From: Tubiluchus corallicola
Taxonomy: Eukaryota > Animalia > Priapulida
Length of the DNA stretch: 64,000 nucleotides
Direction of reading: 5' to 3'
NCBI GenBank assembly: GCA_030141605.1
Contig: JAQGDQ010000167.1
Coordinates: 273,877 to 337,876, forward strand
The notes under the pieces were generated by a model, which worked only from the letters and a program-made list of their open reading frames with translations, did not search any database and was not told where the DNA came from. This document shows, in pieces, positions 63,158 to 64,000 of the stretch (position 1 is its first letter; each line of letters begins with the position of its first letter). The position numbers and the translations under genes were made by a program.

Positions 63158-64000
63158 TAATACGCAAGAGACACAAAAACAACCATTGTGATTCTGATTG
63201 CCATTGTGCTGTATCATTGTTATTATTTCGACATTGTGTACCCATAGTTTTCTCTGTATTGATGTATCTAATTTGACTAATTTCTTTGCTGATTAAAACA
63301 CTGCTGTTTTTACAAAATAATAAGTTGGTGGCAATTTTCATGAATTGTAATTTTCGGAAAAAAAGGCTTTTATTTTTGTAGAATATGCTGTAAAATTGCA
63401 AATTGTGGTAACTTACAACAACTTAGGACAGCAAAATAATTACTAGCAAATGTGAATGTTGATTTTCGTTTTCTTGTGCACTAGCAATTCAGAAATCAGC
63501 AGCAGAGTAAATAAGCAAAGAGAACTTAGCAACAACATTTTCACTTCTTGTGAGTATCAATATATTCACAATTATATTTAATTTTATTTAGTTATTATGG
63601 CTGTTTGTCTTTGAAGTGTCAGTTTTTCTCAGAGTTCTTTGTATTTTAAATATGGAAATTTTCGTACCCTCTGATAAGAACCGTAGCAAACATGTTTTTC
63701 GTATTGAAGTAATAAGTAGACTTTTACGTTTCAAAAACTACAGTAACTTTTTGGCAAAGTTTAAGCTATCAATTATTCTAGTCAGTAATGGATATTTGTA
63801 ACTTGATATTAGATATTCGTTGATTTGCATTGCTATCCTGTATGCTTTGTACTTGGATGTACTTAGTGCCATCTAGTGTTGAAAATTAATATATTACTGT
63901 GTTCATTGCCATTTAGTTTCTAAATTTCATTCTTAAATTTCTTTGATTTTCCCGTGTAACACAAACAGTCGCTTTTTTCTTATGGTTTGCTGAACAATGT

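Overview
AT-rich, intron-rich metazoan (probably invertebrate bilaterian) genomic DNA; not prokaryotic, and no CRISPR array. I read four protein-coding genes from splice sites and reading phase. (1) The 5' half of a G-protein alpha-i gene (minus strand, exons 1-5, 16572 to 231, continuing past the left edge). (2) A complete FAM120A/OSSA-like gene (minus, 18 coding exons, 50502 to 26457, about 1096 aa). (3) DDX20/Gemin3 (plus, 8 coding exons, 51681-60012, last exon(s) not in the window), arranged head-to-head with FAM120A. (4) An intronless class A GPCR (62049-63011) with DLY in place of DRY; it has its own TATA box and poly(A) signal and apparently lies on the same strand inside a DDX20 intron. 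Two FAM120A introns each carry a box C/D snoRNA of the U31/SNORD31 family, which is not visible in the ORF track. The rest is a 146/147-bp satellite with higher-order structure, several minisatellites, many non-autonomous DNA transposons (hAT-, pogo/Tigger- and piggyBac-like), tRNA-derived SINE fragments and co-oriented CTCF-like motifs. All calls are by eye and from recalled family knowledge; no database search was run.
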